DNA of 63,504 nt, the filler included, from Chiloscyllium plagiosum (taxonomy: Eukaryota), in assembly GCF_004010195.1 (NCBI RefSeq). It is 3 parts of one record of this genome, joined end to end, with 100 filler letters (N's around TTAATTAATTAA, not from the genome) between each part and the next. Parts side by side here need not be neighbours in the genome. Positions count along the whole stretch, not along the records: positions 45,839 to 63,504 come from NC_057714.1; 2 more parts are not named here. One strand, given 5' to 3'. A program made the translations under genes and the position numbers. Positions within the stretch are counted from its first letter, which is position 1, and each line of letters opens with the position of its first letter. The notes beneath the pieces were generated by a model. That model ran no database searches, was not told the origin of the DNA, and saw only the letters and a list, made by a program, of their open reading frames with translations. Of the stretch, positions 51,670-63,039 are shown piece by piece.

Positions 51670-52570
51670 GCTAGAAGATTATAAGGTGTAGGAACAAAAG
51701 TAGACCATTTAGTATATACTGACTCTGCTCCCCCATTCAATGAGATCATAAACTTCAACTGCATTTTCTGCCTTTATCTCATAACCACTGATTCCCTTAA
51801 AAATCTGACTATCTGAACCTTGACAAAACAGCCTCTACAGTTTTGTTACCTTTGAAAAGAAGTATTTCCTCTTTATCTCTATAATAAATAGTTGATTTCT
51901 TATTCTGGGATAATATCATCTGGTCCGAGACTCCCCCACGAGGGCAAACAATAAAGTTACCTCTCAATCTTCTAAACTCAATGGGTACAGGCCCAACCTC
52001 TCCTCGTAAGGAAATCCCTTTGACAATAGACAATAGGTGCAGGAGTAGGTCATTCTGCCCTTCAGGCCTGGACCACCATTCAATATGGTCATGGCTGATC
52101 ATCCTCAATCAGTAAGGGCCTGGGATCAATCTAGTGAATCTTCTCAGGACTGGAGTTAATGCCATCATATCTTTCCTTAGATAAGGGGACTAAAACTGTT
52201 CACAATATTCTAGGTGTGGTCTGACTAGTGCAGTTTTAGAAACACTTCCCAATATTTATACTTCATTCCCTTTGAAATAAATGTCAATATTTCTTTTGCC
52301 TTCCCTATTACTTGCTGAACACGTATGTTAGTTTTTTGCGATTCATGTACCAGGAGTCTCAAATCACTCTGTGCTGCAGCTTTTTGCAATCTTTCTCCAT
52401 TTAAATAATGTTTAGCTCCTCAATTCTTCCTGACAAAGTGCATAACCTCAGATTTCTCTGCCGAGATTTTGCCCAAACAATTAATCTGTCTTTAACCCTC
52501 TGCAGGATCTTTATACCATCATCACCGTTCACTTTCCAACCACTCGAACATCATCCACAAATTTGTCAGT
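51670..52570 (-). mobile_element. Old CR1-group LINE with a younger tail inserted at about 52024-52112
   Basis: Homologous to 31425-32450 and 42505-43830. Confidence 0.7.
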
Positions 52571-52619
52571 GCTCCTGTATCAAAGTGCCCCTATTCTTCA
52601 CAAAGTGAAAAAGAAATCC

Positions 52620-53372
52620 ATAGGTGTGGGTGTCACTGGTTAGGGCAGCATTGATTACCCATGCCTAATAATCCTGGAGAAGGTGGTGAACAGCTGCTGT
52701 CCTTGGAGTGAAGAGATTGCCAGGGTGCTGTTAGGGAGGGACTTACAAGATTTTTTTCCAGCCACAGTAAAGGAACAGCAACGAACTTTGAAGGCAGAAT
52801 GATGTGTTTTGGAGAGGAACATGTAGATGGTGCTGTTCGCATTTACCTGCTGTCCTTTGCTGTGGTGGAGGTCCAGGAATTGCAAGGTACAGTTAGAGGA
52901 ATCTTGGTAAAATGATGCCATGTATTGTGCAAATGGTACATCCTGCTATCATTATGTAGCAGTTGCAAAGGGACTGAATACTGAAGCTGGTGGATATGGT
53001 GCCAATCAAGCATGTTGCTTTGATCTGGATGGTGTCAAACTTCTTGAGTGTTGTTGAAACTGCATTCCTCAGACAATAGAGAGTATTCCATCACACTCCT
53101 GACTTGTGTCAGGACTCGAAACCCAGGATATTGATGGTGGGGATTCAGTCACTGTAATGCCATTGAACATCAAGGGGCAATGGCTAGATTCACTTGTCTG
53201 GCCGAATGTCACTTGTAAGTATCAGTCCAAGCCGTGTCTTGTTGTATTTGAACATGGACTGCTTCAGGATCTGAAGAGTTGTGAACGGTGCTGAACATTG
53301 TGCAATCATTGGTGAACATCCACAATTCTAACCTTATGATGGAGTGAAGGTCATTGATGAAGCATTTGAAGA
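52620..53372 (-). mobile_element. Old CR1-group LINE (second family), RT plus 3' end
   Basis: FKCFINDLHSIIRLELWMFTNDCTMF, a decayed F.ND..FADD motif. Confidence 0.75.
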
Positions 53373-53634
53373 TGGCACCATCATTCAGATCAGTGGAAAG
53401 AGTGCCATTCACCCACTAGCAATGGGTAGCACTCAGGGTAATTGATAGGCTGACTCTGAGGCCTTTTCTGAACAGGCTTTTGGAGCCCACTGATCTTATA
53501 TACAGATCAGCTTTTTTAAAACTTTGTTCTCAGGATGTGGCATTGTTGCTTCTTCAGCGTCTATTGCCCAACTTAATTGCCTTTAAAGAGGTGGTAGACA
53601 GTTAACTTCTTGAACCATTACAGTCCATCTGGTC

Positions 53635-53864
53635 AATAAAACCAAGGAACTGCAGGTGCTGAAATCTGAAACAAGAATCTGAAATTGCTGGAGAAACTCA
53701 GCAGGTCTGGCAGCATCTGTGGAGAGAAAGCGATGTTAACATTTTGGGACCAGTGACCCTTCTGAAGAAGAAGAGTCACTGGACTTGAATCATTAATTCG
53801 TCTTTCTCCCCATAGAGGCTGCCAGACCTGCTGAGTTTCCCCAGCAATTCCTGTTGTTATTGTT
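53635..53864. mobile_element. Fold-back PLE family D terminus inserted in an old LINE
   Basis: Inverted AAACTCAGCAGGTCTGGCAGC arms; GTCCA(T/C)CTGGT direct repeats. Confidence 0.72.
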
Positions 53865-54259
53865 GTCCACCTGGTGTTGGGACACCCACAGTGCTATTTG
53901 GAAGGGTGTCCTGGGATTTTGACCCAGCAATACTGAAGGAACGATAATTTATTTTCAAGTCAAGATGTCATATGGCTTGGAGTGGAACTTGAAAGTGGTA
54001 TTTTTCTCAAGCAGTTGTTGTTCTTGTCCTTCCAAATGGTAAAGGTCCCAGGTTTGGAAGTTGTTGTGGGTTGAAGGAGCTTCGGTGGATATCTGCAGTG
54101 CACCTTGTAGATGGCATATACTGCTACCACTGTGTGTTGATGATGAAGAGAATGAATGCTGAAGGTGGTGGACGAGGCCTGAAGAAAGACACCTATCTCC
54201 AGACCAGGGGAACCAATGCCTCCGTCAAAAGTGTAAAAATAAGATCATTTTCCAACACC

Positions 54260-54390
54260 TTTCAGTAAGAGTCATACTGAACTCAAAACATTCACTCTGT
54301 TTGTCTCTCCACAGACGTTGCCAGGCCCGCTGAGTTTCTCTAGCATTCTTTGTGTTTGTTTCGGATCTCCAGCAACTGCAGCTTTTATTA
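54260..54390 (+). mobile_element. Degraded PLE family D terminus
   Basis: AAGAGTC..ACTCAAAAC..GCTGAGTTTCTCTAGCA..ATCTCCAGCAACTGCAG. Confidence 0.6.
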
Positions 54391-54745
54391 GGGGAGCTAA
54401 TGTTCTGGATAGGCTTTGAGGCCCTGCCAGCCTACATAACCATAGGCTGTCCTGTGGACAGCTCCTCCATCCAACAGGGCCGTCCAGTAGCTTTGGTCAT
54501 GAGTTAGTGTGAAAATTACAAAAGTGCTGAAAGGCTGCCCGGACTTAATAGGTCAGACTTCTTCTCCTGCTGTGCTGCAAACCCTCCCTGTTAGCCATTC
54601 GTAATTCAACAATAGAGAGCATGCCCAGCTGTCATGGTTGGTTCTTTCAGAAAAAAAATCACTGCTGGAGGTCTGTTTTCCACACAGTGTGAAATGAAGA
54701 GCCGCTTTTACCTCACGTCACAGTCCTAAAACTTGGCCTTGGTTT

Positions 54746-55410
54746 TGTTCTGGACCAGGCCAGACAACCCCCCCCCCCCCCCCCCCACAAACCCCCACAC
54801 CAAAACATTTCATGAATGTAGCCCAGACTCTGACTTTGCTAGTTGTTTTAAGCAGGTGTACAGTGGATATTCCAGGAGGGATGCAGCTGGTCAAACCATT
54901 TCGTTTTAAACAAAACAAACTTTATTTACAAGATTACCAGATGAAATACAAACAGATGAGAACAGAAGACAGAATAACTTAATCTATCCGAAAACCCAAC
55001 CGATTATCCCAAGTTAATGATGCTGTTCCCAACACGTGCAACAATCCCCATAAACACCCTTCGGCATAAAAGGTAAAATCAAACACAGGGTCTTACTGGA
55101 GAGATGTCAGAGAGAGGGAGAAAAAGCATGCATCTGCTTCTTTGGGTCAAGCAGCTTCAAAACTCTCTGACTGCTTCCAGTGAAGAGCCAAACCAAACCA
55201 GGGAAATGCTGAGTTGGGAGAGCTGGCCACTCACCTTTCATTGTGCAAGTGATTTTTTTTTAAACTTAAAGGCCTTTTGTCTGTTCACGAAAATCAAACT
55301 GGCCCTAAAACCCTTCCAAGACCAGACTTTTCGGAGTCTGTATCTTCTACAACCTCTCTGAAAAGAAAGCCAAAGACACCACAACCTTGTTAAAGGAGCA
55401 GCATCTCACA
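54746..55410 (-). mobile_element. Solo LTR with 4-bp TSD (Gypsy-like)
   Basis: TGT..ACA termini; perfect GTTT TSD at 54742-54745 and 55411-55414; AATAAA on minus strand. Confidence 0.8.
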
Positions 55411-55744
55411 GTTTCTCTTGCTGCAAGACACGGGAAACAACACATTTATTTTGGCTCTCTCTCTTTCTCTGTCAAGATGGCTTTGCAGTGTTTGCTTTGG
55501 ATCACAATTATTTATTTGTTTAATGTTCACTCTTATTTGGACAAAACCTTCCTTCTTTGCCTCCTATCTCCATTGTACTGCCTTTGGTAGAATTTTAGCT
55601 TTTGCTCAAACTGTTACTGATCTAGTGCTGCTAAGGGAGGGGATATCAACTATCACCTCAGCGTTGTCAGCAGATATTAATTTGCTGTTGTCCAGGTTTG
55701 GCTAAGTAAAACTGGTATTGGTCTGTGTAGCACCAACATACCTC

Positions 55745-56554
55745 AGAGTCAAGAGTGTAGTGCTGGAAAAGCACAGGCAGTCAGACAGCATCCAAGGAGC
55801 AAGAGAACCAATGTTTCGAGCATTAGCCCTTCATCAGGCTGGGAGCCTCGGGGGTGGAGAGGTAAATGGATGGGGGTGTGGGACTAGGGGGAAGGTAACT
55901 GATAGGTGGATGGAGGTAGGGGTAATGGTGATTGGTCAGAGGGGAGGCTGGAATGGATAGGTGGGAAGGAAGATGAATAGATGGGATAGGTCATGAGGAC
56001 GGTGCTGAGCTGGAAGTTTGGAACTGGGATAAAGTGGGGGAAGGGGAAATGAGGAAACCGGTGAAGTCCACATTGATGCAATGGGGTTGAAGGGTCTCGA
56101 AGCAGAAGCTGAGGCATTCTTCCTCCAGGCATTGGGTGGTCAGGGACTGGCAATGGAGGAGTCCCAGAACCTGCATGTCTATGGCGGAGTGGGAAGGGGA
56201 GTTAAGTGTTCGGCCACAGAGCAGTGGGGTTGGTTGGTGCGGGTGTCCCGGAGATGTTCTCTGAAGCACTCTGCGAGTAGGCGTCCTGTCTCCCCATGTA
56301 GAGGAGACCGCATCGGGAGCAAAGGATACAGTAAATGACGTGTGGAAGTGCAGGTGAAACTTTGATGGATGTGGAAGGCTTCTTTGAGACCTTGGATGGA
56401 GGTGAGGGGGGAGGTGTGGGCGAGGTTTTGCAATTCCTGCGGTGGCAGGGGAAGGTGCCGGGAGGGGAGGGTGGGTTGTTGGGGGTGTGAACCTGACGAG
56501 ATAGTCGTGGAGAGCACGGTCTTTACGGAAAGCGGATAGGGATGAGGAGGAAAA
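55745..56554 (-). mobile_element. Penelope-like element 3' portion: Cys-rich linker, GIY-YIG endonuclease (frameshifted), UTR and hammerhead-bearing terminus
   Basis: SLSAFRKDRALHDYLVR, PGTFPCHRRNCKT, VIYCILCSRCGLLYMG/ETGRLLAECFREHL, SPSHSAIDMQVLGL..LQPHCINVDF. Confidence 0.9.
55810..55837 (-). ncRNA. Hammerhead ribozyme motif in the PLE 3' terminus (slightly degenerate)
   Basis: CTGATGA-A-GGGC(TAAT)GCTC-GAAA-CATT, downstream of the GIY-YIG ORF. Confidence 0.55.
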
Positions 56555-57062
56555 ACCTCTGCACACATCGCATCAACCTCTGCTATTTCCACCAGAAAAA
56601 TTACATCCTCAAAATGCCTCAGAAACAACCCATGTGTTTCCAACCCCCATCAATCTCTATTTTTAAAAATATATGCCACATCATTAGCTCGGAAGTTTAA
56701 TTTAATAACTTGAATTGTGCAAGATAGAAACAAAGAAACTAGATCTTTAGTTTTGGGGTGAATTGTTAGCATCCTTGTGTCTGAGCCAGAGTCTACAGGT
56801 TCAAGTCCCAATGCAGAACCTGATGGCTAAAGAAGGTGTGTTTGTAATTCATCCAAATCAACTTTAAATCCTTCTAATACATGCCAACAGCAGGTGGTAA
56901 GGCCAGGGGATGTGGTGGAAAGGAATTGCAGCCTCTACCATCATTATCCAAAGCTCCAGGCTACAATATACATGTAAATACCATTGTTGCCACAGCAGTT
57001 CAGACGCCTTGATGGCTCTGGTTAGCAGGAAGGCCAGTATGGATCAGATTGGTGGCAAGATC

Positions 57063-57916
57063 ATAGATCATAAAATCCCTACTATGTGGAAGCAGGCCTT
57101 TTGGCTCATCAAGTCCTCACCAGCCCTCCAAAGAAAATCCACTCAGTCCCATCCTCTCTCTGTAATCCTGCAATTCCCATGCCAAATCCCCTGAACCTGC
57201 ACATCCTTGGACACTATGGGCAATTTAGAATGGTCGATCCTTCTGGCCTGTACATCTTTGGACTATGCTTTGGAGAGGGTGCAGCGAAGGTTTATGAGGA
57301 TGTTGCCTGGTATGGAGGATGCTAGCTATGAAGAGAGGTTGAGTAGGATAGGTTTATTTTCACCAGAAAAAAAGGAGATTGAGGGGGGACCTGATTGAGG
57401 TTTACAAAATCATGAAGGGTATAGACAGGGTGGATAGAGACAAGCTTTTTCCCAGGGTGAAGGATTCAATAACCGGAGGTTATGCTTTCAAGGTGAGAGG
57501 TGGAAAGTTTAAGGGGGATAAACGCGGCAAGTACTTCACACAGAGGGTGATGGGCATTTGGAACGCGTTGCCAGCAGAGGTGGTAGAGGCAGGCACGGTA
57601 GATTCACTTAAGATGCGTCTGGACAGATGCATGAGTAGGTGGGGAGCAGAGAGATACAGAATCTTAGGAATTGGCCAAAGATTTAGACAGTACATTTGGA
57701 CTGGTTCAGGCTTGGAGGGCTGAAGGGCCTGTTCCTGGGCTGTAGATTTTCTTTGTTCTTTGTTCTTTGTATGGAAAGGAACAGGAACACCTGGACGGAA
57801 CTCATGCAGAACGGGGAAAACATGCAAACTCCACACAGACAGTTGCTCTGAGGGTGGAATCAATTCTGTATCCCTGGTGCTGTGAGGCAGCAATGCTAAC
57901 CACTGAGCCACCGTGC
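57063..57916 (-). mobile_element. Older HE1-type SINE split by a CR1 insertion
   Basis: Head at 57770-57916 and tail at 57063-57267. Confidence 0.78.
57268..57769 (+). mobile_element. CR1 LINE 3' end
   Basis: ALERVQRRFMRMLPGM, RGDLIEVYKIMKGIDRVD; (TTTGTTC)n tail. Confidence 0.92.
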
Positions 57917-58084
57917 GGATTCAAGATCTGTCTCCTTAGCCCTACCCATGACTGAGACCGCAGCATTGAGGATCAAACCTCTCTTCAGGCAGAGAAGTCA
58001 AGAGGAAGAATGTACAAGAAGTTAACAACATCTTTTTAATCTGCTCTGAAGGTTGTGCTGCATGGCTATTTAAAAAATGGCTAT

Positions 58085-58437
58085 AGACAATAGACAATAG
58101 GTGCAGGAGTAAGCCATTCTGCCCCTCGAGCCTGCACCACCATTCAATATGATCATGGCTGATCATCCTTAATCAGTATCCTGTTCCTGCCTTATCTCCA
58201 TAACCCTTGATTCCACTATCCTTGAGAGCTCTATCCAACTCTTTCTTAAATGAATCCTGAGACTGGGCCTCTACTGCCCCTTCTGGGGCAGAGCATTCCA
58301 CACAGCCACCACTCTCTGGTTGAAGAAGTTTCTCCTCATCTCTGTCCTAAATGGTCTACCCCGTGTTTTTAAGCTGTGTCCTCTGGTTCGACACTCACCC
58401 ATCAGCGGAAACATGTTTCCTGCCTCCAGAGTGTCCA
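58085..58437 (-). mobile_element. CR1 LINE 3' end (partly duplicated)
   Basis: RTRGHSLKTRGRPFRTEMRRNFFNQRVV.VWNALP; (TAGACAA)n tail. Confidence 0.9.
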
Positions 58438-58704
58438 ATTCTATGCAAAATAATTTTGCTATAGTGCATGGCTGATATAATGGGAGAGATATAGAACATA
58501 GAACATTCCACACAGCCACCACTCTCTGGTTGAAGAAGTTTCTCCTCATCTCTGTCCTAAATGGTCTACCCCGTGTTTTTAAGCTGTGTCCTCTGGTTCG
58601 ACACTCACCCATCAGCGGGAACATGTTTCCTGCCTCCAGAGTGTCCACTTCAATGCAAAATAATTTTGCTATAGTGCATGGCTGATATAATGGGAGAGAT
58701 ATAG
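58294..58704. repeat. Direct duplication, 2 x 201 bp (58294-58494 and 58504-58704)
   Basis: About 3 mismatches; 9-bp spacer AACATAGAA. Confidence 0.92.
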
Positions 58705-59684
58705 CAATGATAGGCTGTTGAGGAAGAAAGATGACCCCTTAACAGTTTGGTTAATCAGCAGTAAATTCAGCTGCTTTTTAGAGGACTGGGAGGGCCATGT
58801 AAATTCATTCAATGTAATTTCTGTGATAGTGGAAGCCTTACAATTAACATACACTCAAAGAGCTGGTTGCAACACACCATCAATAATACTAAACCTTAGA
58901 CCTGCAATAGTTGATAATTCCCTTCTGTAGCAAACTTGTCTTTTAGTGCTTTTTAATCGATTGCTTCAGGTAATATTGTAGGAAACCCACTGTATCCAGA
59001 GGGTCCTGTGGTGAATCAAGCCTATAATGGCAACCATTGTGCTTTTTTATTTGAGGAAAAATATACAAATCTGCTTTGAAATATTACATGGGGGAGGCTG
59101 TCATGATGTCCTTTTCATCTTTTCATGGCTTATCACCAACTAAAAAATGATTGTTCACGGATTCATGGAACAGGTCACGTGATGCAGAAAATATCTATTT
59201 TGAGGGAAAACGTTTGGCCATGTACGCACCACATAGAATGCAGTATTTAAGGAGAATGTTGCTGGACTGCCAGTCTATCGGCTTTAATGACTAATCCAGA
59301 GAATATTTAATTACAGTTTTAAAAATAAACAAAAATATGGTAAAACAAAAAAAAACCCTTGTAGCCGTTGGATCATCATAAAAGTCCAACTGTTTCATCA
59401 GGCCAAGAAAATTGGCCATCCATATCTGACAAGCATACCTCAATACTCATGTTTCTATGTGACTTCAGTCCACCTCATTATGATTTTCTCTTACCTGCCC
59501 TTTGGAGTGGCCTAGCATTGAAATCACCATTGTATTATATATTCTGCCCATACCTACCAAGCTAGTGGCCCAGCAATCTCTCTTTTAGACCAAAAGACAC
59601 AGGAGTAGAAATAGACTATTTCAGCCCACCCAGTCTGCTCTACCATTAAATGAGATTGTGGCTACTCTGATAATCCTCAACTCT

Positions 59685-61998
59685 ATCAGGGCATGGTTAG
59701 GAACATGGGACTGGGATCTCATAGCAATTACAGAGACATGGCTCAGGGATAGACAGTACCGGCAGCTTAATGTTCCACGGTATAGATGCTATAGTAAGGA
59801 TCAAAAGAGGGACAAGAGAGGATGGGGCCATGGCACTTTTGATTAGGGATAACATTATGGTTGTATTTCGGGAGGATATTCTTGGGAATACGTTCAGGAA
59901 AGTTATTTGGTTGGAACTGAGAAATAAGAAAGGGATAATCACCTTATTGGGATTGTATTATAGACCCCCTAATAGTCAGAGGGAAAATGAGAAACAAATT
60001 TGTAAGGAGCTCTCAGTTATCTGTAAGAATAATAAGGTGGTTACGGTAGGGATTTTAATTTTCCACAAGTAGACTGGGACTGCCATAGTGTTAAGGGCTT
60101 GGATGGAGAAGAATTTATTAAGTGTGTACAAGAAACCTTTTTGATTCCATATCTGCATGTACCTACTAGAGAAGGTGCAAAATTTCACCTACTCTTGGGA
60201 AATAAGGCAGGGCAGGTGACTGAGGTGTCAGTTTGGGGCCAGTGACCATATTATATTAGTGTTAAAATTGTGTTGGAAAAGTATAGACCAGATCTAAAAG
60301 TCAAAGTTCTAAATTGGCAGATGGCCAATTTTGACACTATTAGGCAAGAACTGTCAAAAGTTAATTGGGGGCAGATGTTCATAGGTAAAGGGACAGCTGG
60401 AAAATGGGAAGCCTTCAGAAATTAGATAATGAGAGTCAAGAGACAATGTGTTCCTGTTAGGGTGAAGGGCAAGGCTGGTAGATGTAGAGGATGCTGCATG
60501 ACTAGGGAAATTGAGGGAAAACCAGAGAATTGTAGACCGGTGAGCCTGCTATCAGTGGTGGGCAAGTTGTTGGAGGAAATTCTGAGGGACAGGGTTTACA
60601 TTATTTGGAAAGGCAAGGACTGATTATGGATAATCAACATGGTTTTGTGCATGGAAATCATATCTCAGGAACTTGATTGAGTTTTTTGATGAAGTAACAA
60701 CAAGGATTGATGAAGGCAGAGTAGTGGATGTGATATATATGGACTTCAGTAAGGCATTCCTAATGGTAGACTGTAAGCAAGGTTCAATCACATGGAACAC
60801 AGGGAGAACTAGCTATTTGGATACAGGACTGGCTGAAGGTAGAAGACAGACGGTGGAGGTGGAGGATTGCTTTGCGTCCACTGCTTTTCATCATTTATAA
60901 AAATGACTTGGATGTAAACATAGGAGGTATGTTACTAAGTTTGTAGATGACACCAAAATTGGAGGTGTAGTGGGCATTGAAGAAGGTTACCTCAGAGTAC
61001 AACGGGATCTTGATCACATGGGCCAGTTGGTTGAGGAGTGGCAAATGGAATTTAATTTAGCTAAATGTGATTACTGCATTTTGGATAGGTAAATCAGGGC
61101 AGAACTTATACACTTAATGGTAAGGTCTTGGGAAGTATTACTGAACAAAAAGATCTTGGAGTGCAGGTTCATAGTTCCTTGAAAATAGAATCCCAGGTAG
61201 ACAGGACAGTGAAGAAGGCATTTGGTATACTTGCCTTAATTAGTCAGTGCATTGAATATAGGATTTGGGAGGTCATATTATGGCTGTACAGGACATGGTT
61301 AGGCCACTGTTGGAATACTGTGCGCAATTCTTATCTCTCTGCTACAGGAAGGGTGTTGTGAAACTTGAAAGGGTTCAGAAAAGATTTACAAGGATGTTGC
61401 CAGGGTTGGAGGGTTTGAGCTACAGGGAGAGGCTGAATAGACTGGGGCAGTTTTCCCTGAAGCGTTGAAGGCTGAGGAGTGACCTTATAGAGGTTTATAA
61501 AACCATGAGGGAAATGTTTAGGGTAAACAGACAAGATCTTTTAGGTAAAAACAATGACTGCAGATGCTGGAAACCAGATTCTGGATCAGTGGTGCTGGAA
61601 GAGCACAGCAATTCAGGCAGCATCCTGATGCTGCCTGAATTGCTGTGCTCTTCCAGCACCACTGATCCAGACAAGATCTTTTCCCTGGAGTGGAGGAAAC
61701 TGGAGGGCATACTTTTAAGGTGAGAGGGGAAAGACTTAAAGGGAGCTAAGGGGCAACTTTATCACACAGAGGTTGGTCCATATATGGAATGAGCTGCCAG
61801 TTGAAGTGATGGGAGGCTGGTACAATTACAACATTTAAAAGGCATCTGGATGGGCATATGAATAGAAAGGATTTAGAGGGATATGGGCCAAAAGTTGGCA
61901 TATGAGTCTAGATTTATTTAGGATATCTGGTTGGCATGGACAAGTTGGAATGAAGGGTCTGTTTCCATGCTATATATCTCTATGATTCTATGACTCTA
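59685..61998 (+). mobile_element. CR1 (HER1-like) LINE: endonuclease region, internal deletion near 60515, RT and 3' UTR
   Basis: [49 protein letters not shown] tail. It is nested in an older minus-strand LINE (59590-59684 and 62005-62360). Confidence 0.92.
61543..61667. mobile_element. Fold-back PLE terminus (family A variant, no ribozyme core)
   Basis: Perfect inverted arms of about 44 bp. 15-bp TSD CAGACAAGATCTTTT at 61528-61542 and 61668-61682. Confidence 0.85.
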
Positions 61999-62752
61999 TT
62001 TTTATGCCTTTTCCCTTTACAGTAATCCTTGATTGCCTTACTGATTACAAACTTGTCTATCTCAGGGCTGAATATGCTCAATGACTCAGCCTCAACTGTC
62101 CTCTGCTGTAAAGTATTTCACATATTCACTTAGAGAAGAAATTCTTCCTCATCTCTGATTTAAACATGTGACCTTTTATTCTGAGATAATGCTTCCTGGT
62201 CTTGGACTCTCCAACAAGGGGAAACAGTCAATCCATATTTACCCTGTCAGGTCTCCCAAGCATGTTTAATGAAGTTGGCAATCATTCTTCCAAATTCCAA
62301 TGAGTATGGATCAAGCCTACTCAAGCCTTCCTCATAAAAAAGTTCTATCATGCCCAAACTCCCACCTGTCTATATCCCTGTGCAGACTGTGTCATCACCA
62401 TTACTTAGCTTCCCACTTATTTTTGTGTCATCTGCAACTTGGCTGTAGTATATTCATTCACATTGTTGGAGACAAGCATCATAGCTTTGGGGCTCTAAAT
62501 AGCAATGGCCATGACCTGGACATCCATCAAAACACAATGTGCAAACGCTATTGGCAATGCCCAGCCCACTCTGGCATCACTGAACACGTTCTTGACTCTA
62601 ATAAACCAGGCCGCCATATAAATCCATATCAGGAGGTGCTTCTTTATATTCTTTTGAAAAATATTTATAAATTAAGCCAAATGAAACTACATTTAAGCCA
62701 AATTAAAAGTGATAGCCTTCTTCAATTCTATCTCTTCCTTGTTCAGCTTTAG

Positions 62753-62984
62753 AGTCAAAAAGTGTGTCACTGGAAAAACACAACAGTTAGGCAGCATTCG
62801 AGGAGCAGGAGAGTCGACGTTTCAAGCACAAACTCTTCATCAGGAATTCCTGATGATGAGCTAATGCTCGAAATGCCAACTCCCCTGCTCCTCAGATGCT
62901 GCCTGACCGGCTGTGCTTTTCCAACACAACACTTTTTGACACTAATCTCCAGCATCTGCAGTTCTCACTTTCTCACTTTTCTCA
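62753..62984. mobile_element. Fold-back PLE family A terminus with two opposite hammerhead-like cores
   Basis: Central palindrome TCATCAGGAATTCCTGATGA. 15-bp TSD CTTGTTCAGCTTTAG at 62738-62752 and 62985-62999. Confidence 0.82.
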
Positions 62985-63039
62985 CTTGTTCAGCTTTAGG
63001 TTCATCTGGTGAGCTCTCTCTAGTCATCAAAGTAGATTC

